Part shown: positions 9,400-18,720 of the stretch, piece by piece
How the letters are laid out: every line of letters begins with the position of its first letter
How positions within the stretch are numbered: position 1 is the first letter of the stretch
Sequence record: MN563784.1
DNA: 64,000 bases
Direction: 5' to 3' (one strand)
Notes under the pieces: model-generated
Databases searched by the model: none
What the model saw: only the letters and a program-made list of their open reading frames with translations
Told to the model about the DNA's origin: nothing
Translations under genes and position numbers: made by a program

Positions 9400-10570
9400 A
9401 CTAGGTAAACGTGAAATTGATCTAACCCTATTAGGGCATACTGGTTTAGATCCTTGGTATGGCACTACCTCATCTGCACGGGGTGCTATGTTTGTAACAC
9501 ATATTGGCCAGGCACCAGAAGTAAATGGAAATGAATCGCGTTATTTCCTAACGGGTGCTGAATTAGAGTATGCCAAGTATACACATGATGTTCGTTTTCC
9601 TGAGGATTGTCGTGTACTACATGTTCTTAGAAAATATCCAACGGGTATTGGTAAAGACAGTATTAGATCTAACCCGGTAACAACTATTATCTACGAAAAC
9701 TATTTTGACAAATATAAAACCATTGGTGTCTTACATGTTCCCGAGTACATGAGTCATCACCAAGACTTTGGTTATGAACTTGTAAAGAATCGAGAAGTGT
9801 GGGAAACCATTGCCCCAAATGAAATGTTCTCTAAAGACACAGTGATTGCACAGTCTGGTGCAGTTAAGAAAGACGGTACTTTAGGGATGGGTGTTAATGC
9901 TAATGTTGTATTCCTATCTGCCGCTGGTACCATTGAAGATGGATTCGTAGCTAATAAGAATTTCCTTAAAAGGATGATGCCAACTAGTTATAGCACGGCT
10001 GTAGCTAATGCTGGTAGGAAAGCTTTCTTCTTAAACATGTATGGCGATGATAAGGTCTATAAACCATTCCCAGACATTGGCGATGTTATCCGACCAGATG
10101 GTGTAATCTTCGCCATCCGTGACCATGATGATGATCTAGCTCCTGCCGAGATGACTCCTAGGGCACTTCGTACACTAGATAGAACTTTCGATAGAGCTGT
10201 TATTGGCACACCTGGTGCGAAGGTTATTGATATTGATATTTGGCGTGATGAGCGTGTAAATCCATCCCCTACTCCAACAGGAATGGATGCACAACTAGTT
10301 AAATATCATACTCATCTTAGCAGTTATTATCGAGAACTATTAAAGATCTATCGTGGTCTATTAGCACGTCGTAAAGATGATCTACATATCACTGAGGAAT
10401 TTGAACGTCTTATTGTAACTGCACAGATGTTCCTACCTCAACCTGATAATGTCCGTAAACTATCTCGATTCTATCGACTAGACCCACTAGATGAATGGCG
10501 AGTCGAAGTAACTTACAAAGCCCAAAAGATGCCTGCTGGTGCTTTCAAGATGACTGATTTTCATGGTGGT
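9392..10570 (+). CDS. nvRNAP beta subunit C-terminal part, exon 1 (phiKZ gp71)
   Basis: Recognised as phiKZ gp71; ends ...GAFKMTDFHGG, the start of the beta GDK..RHGNKG motif, then runs into the intron. ATG 9377 is an alternative start. Confidence 0.9.
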
Positions 10571-10877
10571 AATTAATATCCATCCATCTCTCAGGAATGG
10601 ATATTGTCAAATTGCCTGCTTGATCTCGAAAGAGTCAAGTAAATCCTCTCTAATTGCTGGGACATCTCAATGAGACAATCAGCAGCGAAGCTTTCCAGAA
10701 ATGGATTGAACGTTCAACGACTATCCGGTTACGCGGAGTACACTCAAGCGAGTGGAAATGGGAGGGACCTGACCACCTAGGGTGAAGGTTAAGATATAGT
10801 CTGGTCTGCATGGTGACATGCAGCTGCCTGCAATACGAGAGGCGGGGTAAGCGTAGCGAACTTACCTGAACATAACG
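10571..10877 (+). ncRNA. group I self-splicing intron (IA2-like), 307 nt, no endonuclease ORF
   Basis: P AATTGCTGGGA 10652-10662, Q AATCAGCAG 10677-10685, R GTTCAACGACTA 10712-10723, S AAGATATAGTCT 10791-10802. P1 GGU/AAU pairs with AUUGCC 10611-10616 with the U-G wobble at 10570; terminal G at 10877. Removal restores FHGG-KGVICKV in frame. Confidence 0.93.
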
Positions 10878-11801
10878 AAGGGCGTCATCTGTAAGGTAAT
10901 GGAAGATGAAGATATGCCTATTGACGAAAATGGTAATAGGGCAGATCTAATTATCTTTGGTGGTTCAACCATGCGTCGTTCAAATTATGGTCGAATTTAT
11001 GAACATGGTTTTGGCGCAGCTGCACGAGATCTAGCTCAACGCCTACGCGTTGAAGCTGGACTAGATCGACATGCCAAACCAACCCAGCAACAACTAAATA
11101 GTGTAATGGGTAATACGCAATGGGTTGATTATGCATTTAAAGAACTATTAGGTTTCTATGAGATCATTGCTCCAACAATGCATAGTAAAATGATGGAACA
11201 CCCAAATCCAGCAGAACATGTTAAAACAGTACTAATGGATGGATTCCCATATATCTACGCACCAGTTGATGATCCAGTGGATCTAATGGCAGCAGTCAAC
11301 AAATTAATTAATAGCGATAAGTATCGACCACACTATGGGAAGGTATCTTATCGAGATCAAGCTGGTAAGTGGGTAACAACTAAAGATAATGTCTTAATGG
11401 GTCCACTTTACATGATGCTACTAGAAAAGATTGGTGAAGACTGGTCAGCAGCAGCATCTGTAAAAACACAACCATTTGGTCTACCTTCTAAGTTAAACAA
11501 TGCTGATAGGGCTAGCACACCTGGTCGAGAAACAGCTATCCGGTCATTCGGTGAATCTGAAACTCGGTCATATAACTGTACAGTTGGTCCAGGTCCGACT
11601 GCTGAAATCTTAGACCAAACTAATAACCCATTGGCGCATGCTGCGGTTATCGAGTCTTGGCTAACAGCAGAAAAACCTTCATCTGTACCAGTTGCAGTTG
11701 ATCGTGAAAAGATTCCATTTGGTGGATCTCGCCCAGTAGCTATGTTTGATCACCTGCTTGAATGTAGTGGTATTGCATTAGAATATGCCCCTGATCATTG
11801 A
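10878..11801 (+). CDS. nvRNAP beta subunit C-terminal part, exon 2 (phiKZ gp73)
   Basis: KGVICKVMEDEDMP...ADLII...GPLYMMLLEK...FGESE match the beta KGV...DMP...D...YxxKL...RFGEME motifs. Spliced product is 393+307=700 aa from ATG 9392. Confidence 0.9.
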   Translation, partial: KGVICKVMEDEDMPIDENGNRADLIIFGGSTMRRSNYGRIYEHGFGAAARDLAQRLRVEAGLDRHAKPTQQQLNSVMGNTQWVDYAFKELLGFYEIIAPTMHSKMMEHPNPAEHVKTVLMDGFPYIYAPVDDPVDLMAAVNKLINSDKYRPHYGKVSYRDQAGKWVTTKDNVLMGPLYMMLLEKIGEDWSAAASVKTQPFGLPSKLNNADRASTPGRETAIRSFGESETRSYNCTVGPGPTAEILDQTNNPLAHAAVIESWLTAEKPSSVPVAVDREKIPFGGSRPVAMFDHLLECSGIALEYAPDH

Positions 11802-11831
11802 TCAGGGGTTTAATAATACAAGAGGTAAATA

Positions 11832-13865
11832 ATGAATCTTAATCGTTATAAAGCGCGTGATCTTCTAAATCTAAGTTATGATGATTTATGGTCACTCCCT
11901 TCAGAATGGCATCTAATCGAATTTGATGATGGTAAAACGGTTGTGTCAGTTGACCGTATTACCAAATTATCCGTTCTGTGTTGGTATCCTCTTAAACATT
12001 ATAAAGATTGCCCAATTCCATCTGATCACCATATCGATTTCAATCGCATCTTAACTGATAACCCTAAAGATTATCTAAATGTTGAAGGTGGCCGAGTAAC
12101 ATCTAAGGCCATGGTTAAGCATTTAAATAAGGCTATTTGGAACATCTATGATTGGTCAGGTGAAACAGTAGATCCTGAAGTACTATCTAAACTGGCTATT
12201 GAAGGTAAGAACTGGCTGTATAATCAGACCACTGTGAAACTGTCTGAATATCTAGCAACCTTGTCGATGTTTGATATTGCTGAAGTATATAATCATCCCA
12301 AGGTACGTGAGGCTAACCATAATATCGAACCAACTACTTATGGTATCGAAAAAATTAGTTATGGTAAAGTCAAAGAAGTATTTAATGATCCTACCCAATT
12401 CATTGGTAACAGCATCATTGAAGGTCTTCGTTCTGGTACTCAGAAAACTGAACAGCTTCTACAAGCATTTGCTTGGCGGGGCTTTCCAACTGACATTAAC
12501 TCAGATATCTTTAAATATCCGGTAACAACTGGTTATATTGATGGTATTTGGAATCTGTATGAGAATATGATTGAATCTCGTTCAGGTACTAAAGCACTAC
12601 TATATAACAAAGAACTACTGCGAGTAACTGAATACTTTAACCGGAAATCTCAGCTTATTGCACAATATGTCCAAAGGCTACATCCTGGTGATTGTAAGAC
12701 CACAATCTTAGCTGAGTATCCTGTAACTAAGTTAACTTTAAAAGCATTCAAAGGAAAATATTATCAAAAAGAAGATGGTAAACTAGACTGGATCCGTGGA
12801 AATGAAACACACCTAATTGGAACTAAACAGAAATTCAGGTCTGTATTTGGATGTAATCATCCAGATAGTCAGGGTATCTGTATGACTTGTTATGGCCGAC
12901 TAGGTATCAATATTCCAAAAGGAACTAATATCGGTCAGGTTGCTGCCGTATCGATGGGTGACAAAATTACTTCAGCAGTATTGTCTACTAAACACACCGA
13001 TGCGTCTTCTGCTGTAGAACAATATAAACTTGGCAAAATTGAAAGTAATTATTTAAGAACAGGTGAAATCCCAGAGACACTATATCTAAAGAAAGAACTT
13101 ACTCAGAAGGATTATCGTTTAGTAATCGCACGGTCAGAGGCAGAAAACCTTGCTGACATTTTAATGATTGATGACCTTACTGCATATCCAGCTACTTCAG
13201 CTACTGAACTAACCAGCCTGGCCCTAGTCTATGATGATGAGGTGAATGGTGAATGTGGTGATGTTCTGACTGTGTCGCTGTATAACCGTAGGGCTAGTCT
13301 ATCTATTGAAATGCTAAAGCATATTAAGATGGTCCGTTGGGAACTAGATCAGCGAGACAATATCGTCATTAGTCTTCGTGGTTTTGATTTTAACCTACCA
13401 TTCTTAACGCTACCAAATAAGCACGTAAACATGTATGAAGTAATGAAACGATTCCAAAGTTTCTTACATTCCGGTAGTGACTCAGCCGAGGCAGGTAAAC
13501 TAAGCACTGAGAAAGTTGGATATACGTCTAAAACGTATCTTAAAAACTACAAGTCACCAATTGAAGCACTACCTGTATTTGCAACAATGGCTAATGAAAA
13601 GATTAGCCTTAATATTTCCCATTGTGAGATCTTGATATACGCTATGATGATCCGTTCAGCTCAATATCGAGACTATCGCTTACCTAAACCCGGTATTAAT
13701 GGCCAATTTGAAAAATATAATAGGCTAATGCAATGTCGTAGTTTAGGTGGTGCGATGGCTTTCGAAAAGCAGCATGAGCCACTAAATAACCCAGGCAGTT
13801 TCCTTAACAAGATGAGGAATGACCATCCATATGACTTACTAGTTAAAGGTGGTAAACTGCGATAG
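11832..13865 (+). CDS. nvRNAP beta' subunit C-terminal part (phiKZ gp74)
   Basis: 677 aa recognised as gp74. Zn ligands GDC, RSVFGC, GICMTCYG; trigger-loop-like GQVAAVSMGDKITSAVLSTKH; GAGG RBS. Confidence 0.92.
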   Translation: MNLNRYKARDLLNLSYDDLWSLPSEWHLIEFDDGKTVVSVDRITKLSVLCWYPLKHYKDCPIPSDHHIDFNRILTDNPKDYLNVEGGRVTSKAMVKHLNKAIWNIYDWSGETVDPEVLSKLAIEGKNWLYNQTTVKLSEYLATLSMFDIAEVYNHPKVREANHNIEPTTYGIEKISYGKVKEVFNDPTQFIGNSIIEGLRSGTQKTEQLLQAFAWRGFPTDINSDIFKYPVTTGYIDGIWNLYENMIESRSGTKALLYNKELLRVTEYFNRKSQLIAQYVQRLHPGDCKTTILAEYPVTKLTLKAFKGKYYQKEDGKLDWIRGNETHLIGTKQKFRSVFGCNHPDSQGICMTCYGRLGINIPKGTNIGQVAAVSMGDKITSAVLSTKHTDASSAVEQYKLGKIESNYLRTGEIPETLYLKKELTQKDYRLVIARSEAENLADILMIDDLTAYPATSATELTSLALVYDDEVNGECGDVLTVSLYNRRASLSIEMLKHIKMVRWELDQRDNIVISLRGFDFNLPFLTLPNKHVNMYEVMKRFQSFLHSGSDSAEAGKLSTEKVGYTSKTYLKNYKSPIEALPVFATMANEKISLNISHCEILIYAMMIRSAQYRDYRLPKPGINGQFEKYNRLMQCRSLGGAMAFEKQHEPLNNPGSFLNKMRNDHPYDLLVKGGKLR

Positions 13866-13885
13866 ACGTGGAGGACGTGAGGTTT

Positions 13886-13902
13886 GGGGAGCACTGCTCC
13901 CC
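13886..13902 (+). terminator. stem-loop after gp74
   Basis: GGGGAGCA-C-TGCTCCCC, followed after a short spacer by a T-run at 13917-13923. Confidence 0.5.
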
Positions 13903-13923
13903 TTACCGATCGTTGATTTTTTT

Positions 13924-15462
13924 ATGAAACCGATTCTTACAGCAGAACGATACACCCATGGTGTTCGTTTATCCGGTTACGATCGGGAAACATACTTAAA
14001 GATGACTGGATATCTTAATAAACTGGTTTTAAAAGAACCTAAGAAGATACCTGGTCAACGCACCATAATGGAAATAAAGAAAAAATATTATGGTGAAACA
14101 GAAGATGGTAAATCTGTATTCATCCATCGTGAATGTCTTCAAGAACTTATTAATTATCTAGCCGATAAGAATATACCATCTACTAGAATTGAAATTGTAG
14201 ATATTCCTGTACCAACAGCTGTTAAAGTAGACTATACTTTATTTGAACATTATGTTCTAAGGGATTATCAGGAAACCATCCGCGAAGATATTCTAAGACC
14301 ACATTTACATTCAGCACGTGTTGATTTACAGACTGGTAAAGGTAAAACCTTAACTAGTTTAGCTTCAGTTGCAGTAATGAAAGAACGTGGTGTTGTTATG
14401 ATTCCACCTAAATATTTCGGTATTTGGGAGAAAGCATTAAAAGAAACATTTGTTGGTTATGAAGATCAGCTAGGTATAAAATATTTAAAAGTATCTGGAT
14501 CTGCTGAGTTACAGAATCTAATTAATCGCGGACTAGAGAATGATTTAGAGGGTGTTGAAATTATTCTCATTAGTTCTACAACATACCGTGCATATATCGA
14601 TACTTTTGAACGATTAGGTGAAAAAATCGATGTAGTTGGATTTAATGTACCACCACCTAGATTCCATGAGGTTATTGGAGCAGGTTGGCAGATCAATGAT
14701 GAGATTCAAGAAGATCCAGGATTAGTATTTCGTACTGATCTATATACCAATGTCAATAAACAAATCTATTTATCAGCTACTCCATACACTGGTAATCAGT
14801 TTGTTACTAAAATGATTGATGTCATGCTACCTGCCACTACAAAGTGTAGGTTACCTGCATATGACTCATACATCAATGTTATTGGCTTGTTATATAGTGA
14901 ACCAACTATTAAACCTAAGGACTATTTAACTCCATTTAAAAATACATATAACCATGCTCGTTATGAAACAGTAATGATGAAGAATCCTAGGCGACTAGAC
15001 TTCTATTTAAAGATGGTTAAACGTATTGTAGATGGCGTTTATATAAAGGATCGTATTGAAGGTCAGAAATGTTTGCTATTATGCGCGACTGTAAACTTTA
15101 TCGATGTACTGACAGCTTATCTTAAGAAACAATATCCAGATCTTCAGATTAATAGACATGTTTCGGGTAGTCCGTATGATAGATTAATGACTAATGATAT
15201 CACTGTATCAACTATTAAATCATCTGGTACTGGTGTTGATATTAGGAATTTAAGGGAAGTTATTCTATTACAAGCAACTGACTCTAAAAAGGACAGCATC
15301 CAAATTCTTGGACGACTAAGACCATTGAAGAACTGGCCTGATGTAATACCAAGGTTAACATTCATGGTTTGTAATAACATACCTCATCATTGCAGATACG
15401 CTAGAAATAAAGAAAATCATTTCATGGGTAAAACTAAAAGTATGCGCATGATGCGTTTATAG
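13924..15462 (+). CDS. SF2 helicase, UvsW/Rad25-like (phiKZ gp75)
   Basis: Walker A LQTGKGKT, motif II NDEIQ, motif III LSATP, motif V GTGVDI, motif VI QILGRLRP. Start moved from GTG 13849 to ATG 13924. Confidence 0.9.
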   Translation: MKPILTAERYTHGVRLSGYDRETYLKMTGYLNKLVLKEPKKIPGQRTIMEIKKKYYGETEDGKSVFIHRECLQELINYLADKNIPSTRIEIVDIPVPTAVKVDYTLFEHYVLRDYQETIREDILRPHLHSARVDLQTGKGKTLTSLASVAVMKERGVVMIPPKYFGIWEKALKETFVGYEDQLGIKYLKVSGSAELQNLINRGLENDLEGVEIILISSTTYRAYIDTFERLGEKIDVVGFNVPPPRFHEVIGAGWQINDEIQEDPGLVFRTDLYTNVNKQIYLSATPYTGNQFVTKMIDVMLPATTKCRLPAYDSYINVIGLLYSEPTIKPKDYLTPFKNTYNHARYETVMMKNPRRLDFYLKMVKRIVDGVYIKDRIEGQKCLLLCATVNFIDVLTAYLKKQYPDLQINRHVSGSPYDRLMTNDITVSTIKSSGTGVDIRNLREVILLQATDSKKDSIQILGRLRPLKNWPDVIPRLTFMVCNNIPHHCRYARNKENHFMGKTKSMRMMRL

Positions 15463-15477
15463 TAAATGGCATAAATG

Positions 15478-15520
15478 ATCCCTCCCTTAGTTGGGAGGGA
15501 TTATGCTTTTTTTATTTTTT
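15478..15520 (+). terminator. intrinsic terminator after the helicase
   Basis: ATCCCTCCC-TTAGTT-GGGAGGGAT, then TATGC and a long T-tract. Confidence 0.75.
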
Positions 15521-15542
15521 GTATTTAAAGCATTTTAAACAG

Positions 15543-15550
15543 TATATCAC
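15543..15550 (+). promoter_or_regulatory. early promoter (TATATCAC variant)
   Basis: TTTTAAACAGTATATCAC shares TTAAACAGTATAT with the exact TATATTAC copies at 52278 and 53466. Confidence 0.7.
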
Positions 15551-15579
15551 AAATGTGATAAAACTATAGGGTATTTACA

Positions 15580-15645
15580 ATGAAGAAAAAATTGATTATG
15601 ATTACAATTGTAGTTATAGCTTATAAACTATGGGAGTGGAAATAA
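15580..15645 (+). CDS. 21-aa hydrophobic peptide
   Basis: MKKKLIMITIVVIAYKLWEWK; first ATG after the promoter; TAA overlaps the next ATG (TAATG). Confidence 0.45.
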   Translation: MKKKLIMITIVVIAYKLWEWK

Positions 15646-15902
15646 TGTATACAGTTGATCAGATCTTTGGTGCAACATGGCTTCTAGTCAGTACTTTGAT
15701 CTTAGTTGATATTCTTCTAACATGCATGCTGATATTTATTATTAAAACATATCTTGAGTTTAAAGATATCTTTAATAAAAGTGCATGCCAGTACGCTATG
15801 CTTTTTCTCTCCGTAAGCATTGTATTAGTTACCATATGGGTAAGTACTATTGTTAGTTGCTGGACTAACTATTCACTGACATGTACAACTTATCTATTTT
15901 GA
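15645..15902 (+). CDS. small two-TM membrane protein
   Basis: Track ORF 15630..15902, coupled ATG at 15645; two long hydrophobic stretches. Confidence 0.65.
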   Translation: MYTVDQIFGATWLLVSTLILVDILLTCMLIFIIKTYLEFKDIFNKSACQYAMLFLSVSIVLVTIWVSTIVSCWTNYSLTCTTYLF

Positions 15903-15914
15903 TGAGGTGTCTAT

Positions 15915-16106
15915 ATGGCTCGGGTATTGTTATTTTTAGTACCACTATTAATTGCATTTAGTGGATTAATAACTTCAATTATATTTCTTGCTGCTGCTAA
16001 AACAATCAAACAAAAAGCAATGATTGTAAGTGGCTTGATTTGCAGTATGTTTACCCTTATGTTAGGGTTGTGGTTATTTAATATGATAATCATGCATATT
16101 AAATAG
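15915..16106 (+). CDS. small two-TM membrane protein
   Basis: 63 aa, GAGGTG RBS, almost entirely hydrophobic with a basic loop. Confidence 0.7.
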   Translation: MARVLLFLVPLLIAFSGLITSIIFLAAAKTIKQKAMIVSGLICSMFTLMLGLWLFNMIIMHIK

Positions 16107-16161
16107 ACATGCTATGTAAGAACAATTGATCATTGTTCTCTAATAATAAGAGCATCCCACT

Positions 16162-16356
16162 ATGGTCTTTTTGTGTCAACTTATAGTAATAGCCCTTGTG
16201 GCTAGTATGGGATATAAAAGTTATCAGATTTATCTTTATGTCAAGTTTGACTTAGATAAAGATAGTATTAAATCCCGGTATGTTCGCCAAAAGACACTGC
16301 TTGTTGTTTTATATGGCTTCTTTGCTTTATTCCCATTAGGATATCTGATGGTTTAA
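16162..16356 (+). CDS. small two-TM membrane protein
   Basis: 64 aa, hydrophobic N- and C-terminal segments around a charged loop. Confidence 0.65.
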   Translation: MVFLCQLIVIALVASMGYKSYQIYLYVKFDLDKDSIKSRYVRQKTLLVVLYGFFALFPLGYLMV

Positions 16357-16360
16357 TAAA

Positions 16361-16391
16361 TATTACCCCGCCTTTTATTGGTGGGGTAATA
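16361..16391. terminator. stem-loop closing the membrane-peptide cassette
   Basis: TATTACCCCGCC-TTTTATT-GGTGGGGTAATA, 12-bp stem with one G-U. Confidence 0.6.
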
Positions 16392-16451
16392 TGCCATCTT
16401 TATATCAAAAGACTTTTGAATATCATATCCCACCCTGATAAGGAGTAGACC

Positions 16452-16595
16452 ATGCAAGTACGAATTGAGGTAATCAATAGTGAGGGCAATCTGGATATCG
16501 AAGAACGGGTTGATATCCGCCCAATGAAGGGGTTAACGGCCTGGATGGTCGCTCTAGCTATCAAAGGTCTTGTAGCTAGCTTTGCACGTAAGTAA
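16452..16595 (+). CDS. 47-aa protein missed by the ORF track
   Basis: AAGGAG RBS at 16440-16445; MQVRIEVINSEGNLDIEERVDIRPMKGLTAWMVALAIKGLVASFARK; TAA 16593-16595. Confidence 0.6.
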   Translation: MQVRIEVINSEGNLDIEERVDIRPMKGLTAWMVALAIKGLVASFARK

Positions 16596-16606
16596 GGCGA
16601 CATAAA

Positions 16607-16650
16607 CCCCTCTCCACATGGAGAGGGGCCTGTCTTTATTTTTTTTTTAT
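16607..16650. terminator. bidirectional terminator-like stem-loop
   Basis: CCCCTCTCC-ACAT-GGAGAGGGG followed by a T-run; lies between convergent genes. Confidence 0.7.
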
Positions 16651-17150
16651 TTAGTTAACGGCTTGTTTAATTCATTTAACTGGTTATTGTTATTAACAGC
16701 TTCATTATGGGTAATATTTCTACATAATTCAATTATGTATTCTACCTCAGAATAAGCTAATTCAAAGAATTCAGTTAATGACATATTAGATAAGCTACCT
16801 ACTTTATACTTGAAGAAATCTCTAGTCAGTCTCCTTCTCAACCCACCTTCGATAAAGTCCTCTTTAGGATTTACCTTATTTAACCACATGGGTCCGTTTT
16901 CTGGTGAACCGATATCGTAATCAAGTAGATATGCTTCTCTTGTTAAACGTGCTGCTGTAGACGGTCTTACTGCCCCTACTGTCGATAATAGTCTATCTAA
17001 GTGTGTATCATCTTCAGTTAACTTATCATAACCAAAGTTTGGATGTAGGATGTGACCACTATCTTCCTTGAAAGTGGCCTCAAGACGACTATATCTCAGA
17101 TCATTAACTACACCATCCGGTTTGACTTCGAGGCCGCCAAAGTAAAAAAA
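16647..17150 (-). CDS. -1-frame extension of gp77 (phiKZ gp76-like), probably made as a gp77 frameshift fusion; T/gp51-like C-terminal domain
   Basis: Frame open for 167 codons from 17150, bounded upstream by TGA at 17165-17163, with no ATG/GTG/TTG for the first 87 codons. The track reports only the last 80 aa from ATG 16889, which has no clear RBS. Confidence 0.7.
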   Translation of the reverse strand, partial: FFYFGGLEVKPDGVVNDLRYSRLEATFKEDSGHILHPNFGYDKLTEDDTHLDRLLSTVGAVRPSTAARLTREAYLLDYDIGSPENGPMWLNKVNPKEDFIEGGLRRRLTRDFFKYKVGSLSNMSLTEFFELAYSEVEYIIELCRNITHNEAVNNNNQLNELNKPLTK

Positions 17151-18709
17151 GTTGACAGCATGTCAATAGGGATTAAGTGTGGGAAACGTTCTTTAAATTT
17201 AGTAGCGGCAGGTGACTCACATACTGGACAATTCCAACTTGTAATTGCAATCATTCCAATTAGTTGTGAATCAATGAAGTTACTCACCGCATTAATAAAG
17301 CGGTCATTATATTCCGGTGTGGATAGAATATTAGTTAAGAACTTTTCAATAGTTTCACGATTAGTGGTTGCAGTACGAATATTGTCTTCAGAACTTTCAC
17401 CATCGTCATCTTCACGTACTTTAATTTCTTTAACAAAATGTGAGAACTGACGGGCAATAGAGATCTTTTGTAAACGTGCAATATACTGAGAACGTTGCGG
17501 ACCATCGACTGGTTCATTAAAACTACCTTGAGTCATATCGATAATTGAGTTAATCCAACTATCACCAGACTCTCGGCGATCAGCAATTGTACACATCTCA
17601 AGAACAACACCAACGTCACCAAACATTTCAGTTACTTGAGTTTCAATACGGAATCCTTCTTTATAAGTCTTAAGATCAGATTCAGTACATGCATTAAACT
17701 TACGTGCAATATATTTCTTTTGTTCTTCTGAGAATGCCAGTAGATCATATTGAACAAGCGTTGACATATTAAGTTTCGCTGTTTCAATATGGTTACATGT
17801 ATTGGCATCTGCAATGCATGGATAACTATAATTAAATCCATCTGGATACATAGTCGCCGCTAGTGCGTGATGCAAGAACGGCTCATCAGCTACTGAGATA
17901 ACATGCTCTAGATCAGTTGGGGTGTTGAACTTATAGTTGGATTGAATAACACATGCAAGTGCTAAACTACTAACCATGTTAAGTAACACAGCTGCCATGT
18001 TTGAGAACAGCATACCTTTTGATTCAGCGCCTAGCCGGATCTTTAATTGTGCTAGACGTGCTTGTAGGGCAGCTACTTCAGTACCAGTAGGTGCACGTAG
18101 TTTTACCCAAATACCTGAATGAGGTAGGAAAGTATCATATGGCGTACCGATGTTAGCTTTACGTGTTAGGAAAACTAGAGTTTCATCATCGGTCATTTTA
18201 CGACCACTGGTATTAAATACAGGTCGTCCAGGTCGAATGATCTTTTCACCATAAGGAATTTCACTAGACCATTCAGAGCCTTCTCGGGCAGTTGCACCGA
18301 TTGGTGCATCTTCAACAATAGAGTGAGCTAAGCCCTCCAGAATAGCAGCTGTCCACTTTACACCATCACTAGTGTCATCTACTTTATTATCAGCAAATGC
18401 TTTAAATAGTTCTTTATTGTGATCCAGGAAATCATAAACAGTCTGGGGGTTCTCACGTAGCAAAGTAAGAATGCTAGCACTGTCTTTAATAGCCGGTTCA
18501 GAAGCATCCCGAATATTTCCAGTTTTAGCATTACGTGGAATACGTAGTTTAATTTCTTTTTGATCAGGAACGAAAGGTGGAGTTTCCACCTCGTCATTAT
18601 TTTCAATACTAGAGTCAGGATCGTGTTGCGCATTGATCTCATCAATTTGATCTAGTAGATTCTCTTCTGGAGTATCATCGTACTCATTATCGAAGTCAGC
18701 AGTAGCCAT
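17108..18709 (-). CDS. phiKZ gp77-like protein; possible tail/baseplate assembly chaperone (T4 gp26-like Cys motifs)
   Basis: 533 aa, GGAG RBS, acidic N-terminus, Cys clusters YPCIADANTCNH and WNCPVCES. Chaperone role is inference. Confidence 0.75.
   Translation of the reverse strand: MATADFDNEYDDTPEENLLDQIDEINAQHDPDSSIENNDEVETPPFVPDQKEIKLRIPRNAKTGNIRDASEPAIKDSASILTLLRENPQTVYDFLDHNKELFKAFADNKVDDTSDGVKWTAAILEGLAHSIVEDAPIGATAREGSEWSSEIPYGEKIIRPGRPVFNTSGRKMTDDETLVFLTRKANIGTPYDTFLPHSGIWVKLRAPTGTEVAALQARLAQLKIRLGAESKGMLFSNMAAVLLNMVSSLALACVIQSNYKFNTPTDLEHVISVADEPFLHHALAATMYPDGFNYSYPCIADANTCNHIETAKLNMSTLVQYDLLAFSEEQKKYIARKFNACTESDLKTYKEGFRIETQVTEMFGDVGVVLEMCTIADRRESGDSWINSIIDMTQGSFNEPVDGPQRSQYIARLQKISIARQFSHFVKEIKVREDDDGESSEDNIRTATTNRETIEKFLTNILSTPEYNDRFINAVSNFIDSQLIGMIAITSWNCPVCESPAATKFKERFPHLIPIDMLSTFFTLAASKSNRMV
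17144..17150 (-). promoter_or_regulatory. candidate -1 slippery heptamer U UUU UUU
   Basis: mRNA ...TCA ACT TTT TTT ACT TTG...; seven T in X XXY YYZ register at codons 520-522 of gp77, 11 sense codons before its stop. Confidence 0.65.
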
Positions 18710-18720
18710 TTAAAACTCCA

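Noticed and set aside
10571-10877. Homing endonuclease ORF inside the intron
   Set aside because: Only 307 nt, almost all accounted for by paired elements; no HNH, GIY-YIG or LAGLIDADG coding stretch.
16647-16889. 80-aa ORF as a stand-alone gene from ATG 16889
   Set aside because: No convincing RBS, and the frame is open 87 codons further up to the slippery site; kept only as the fallback if frameshifting is disproved.
17052-17450. 132-aa plus-strand ORF across the gp77/gp76 junction
   Set aside because: Antisense to gp77 and to the -1 frame, which already explain the region; no RBS or family signal.
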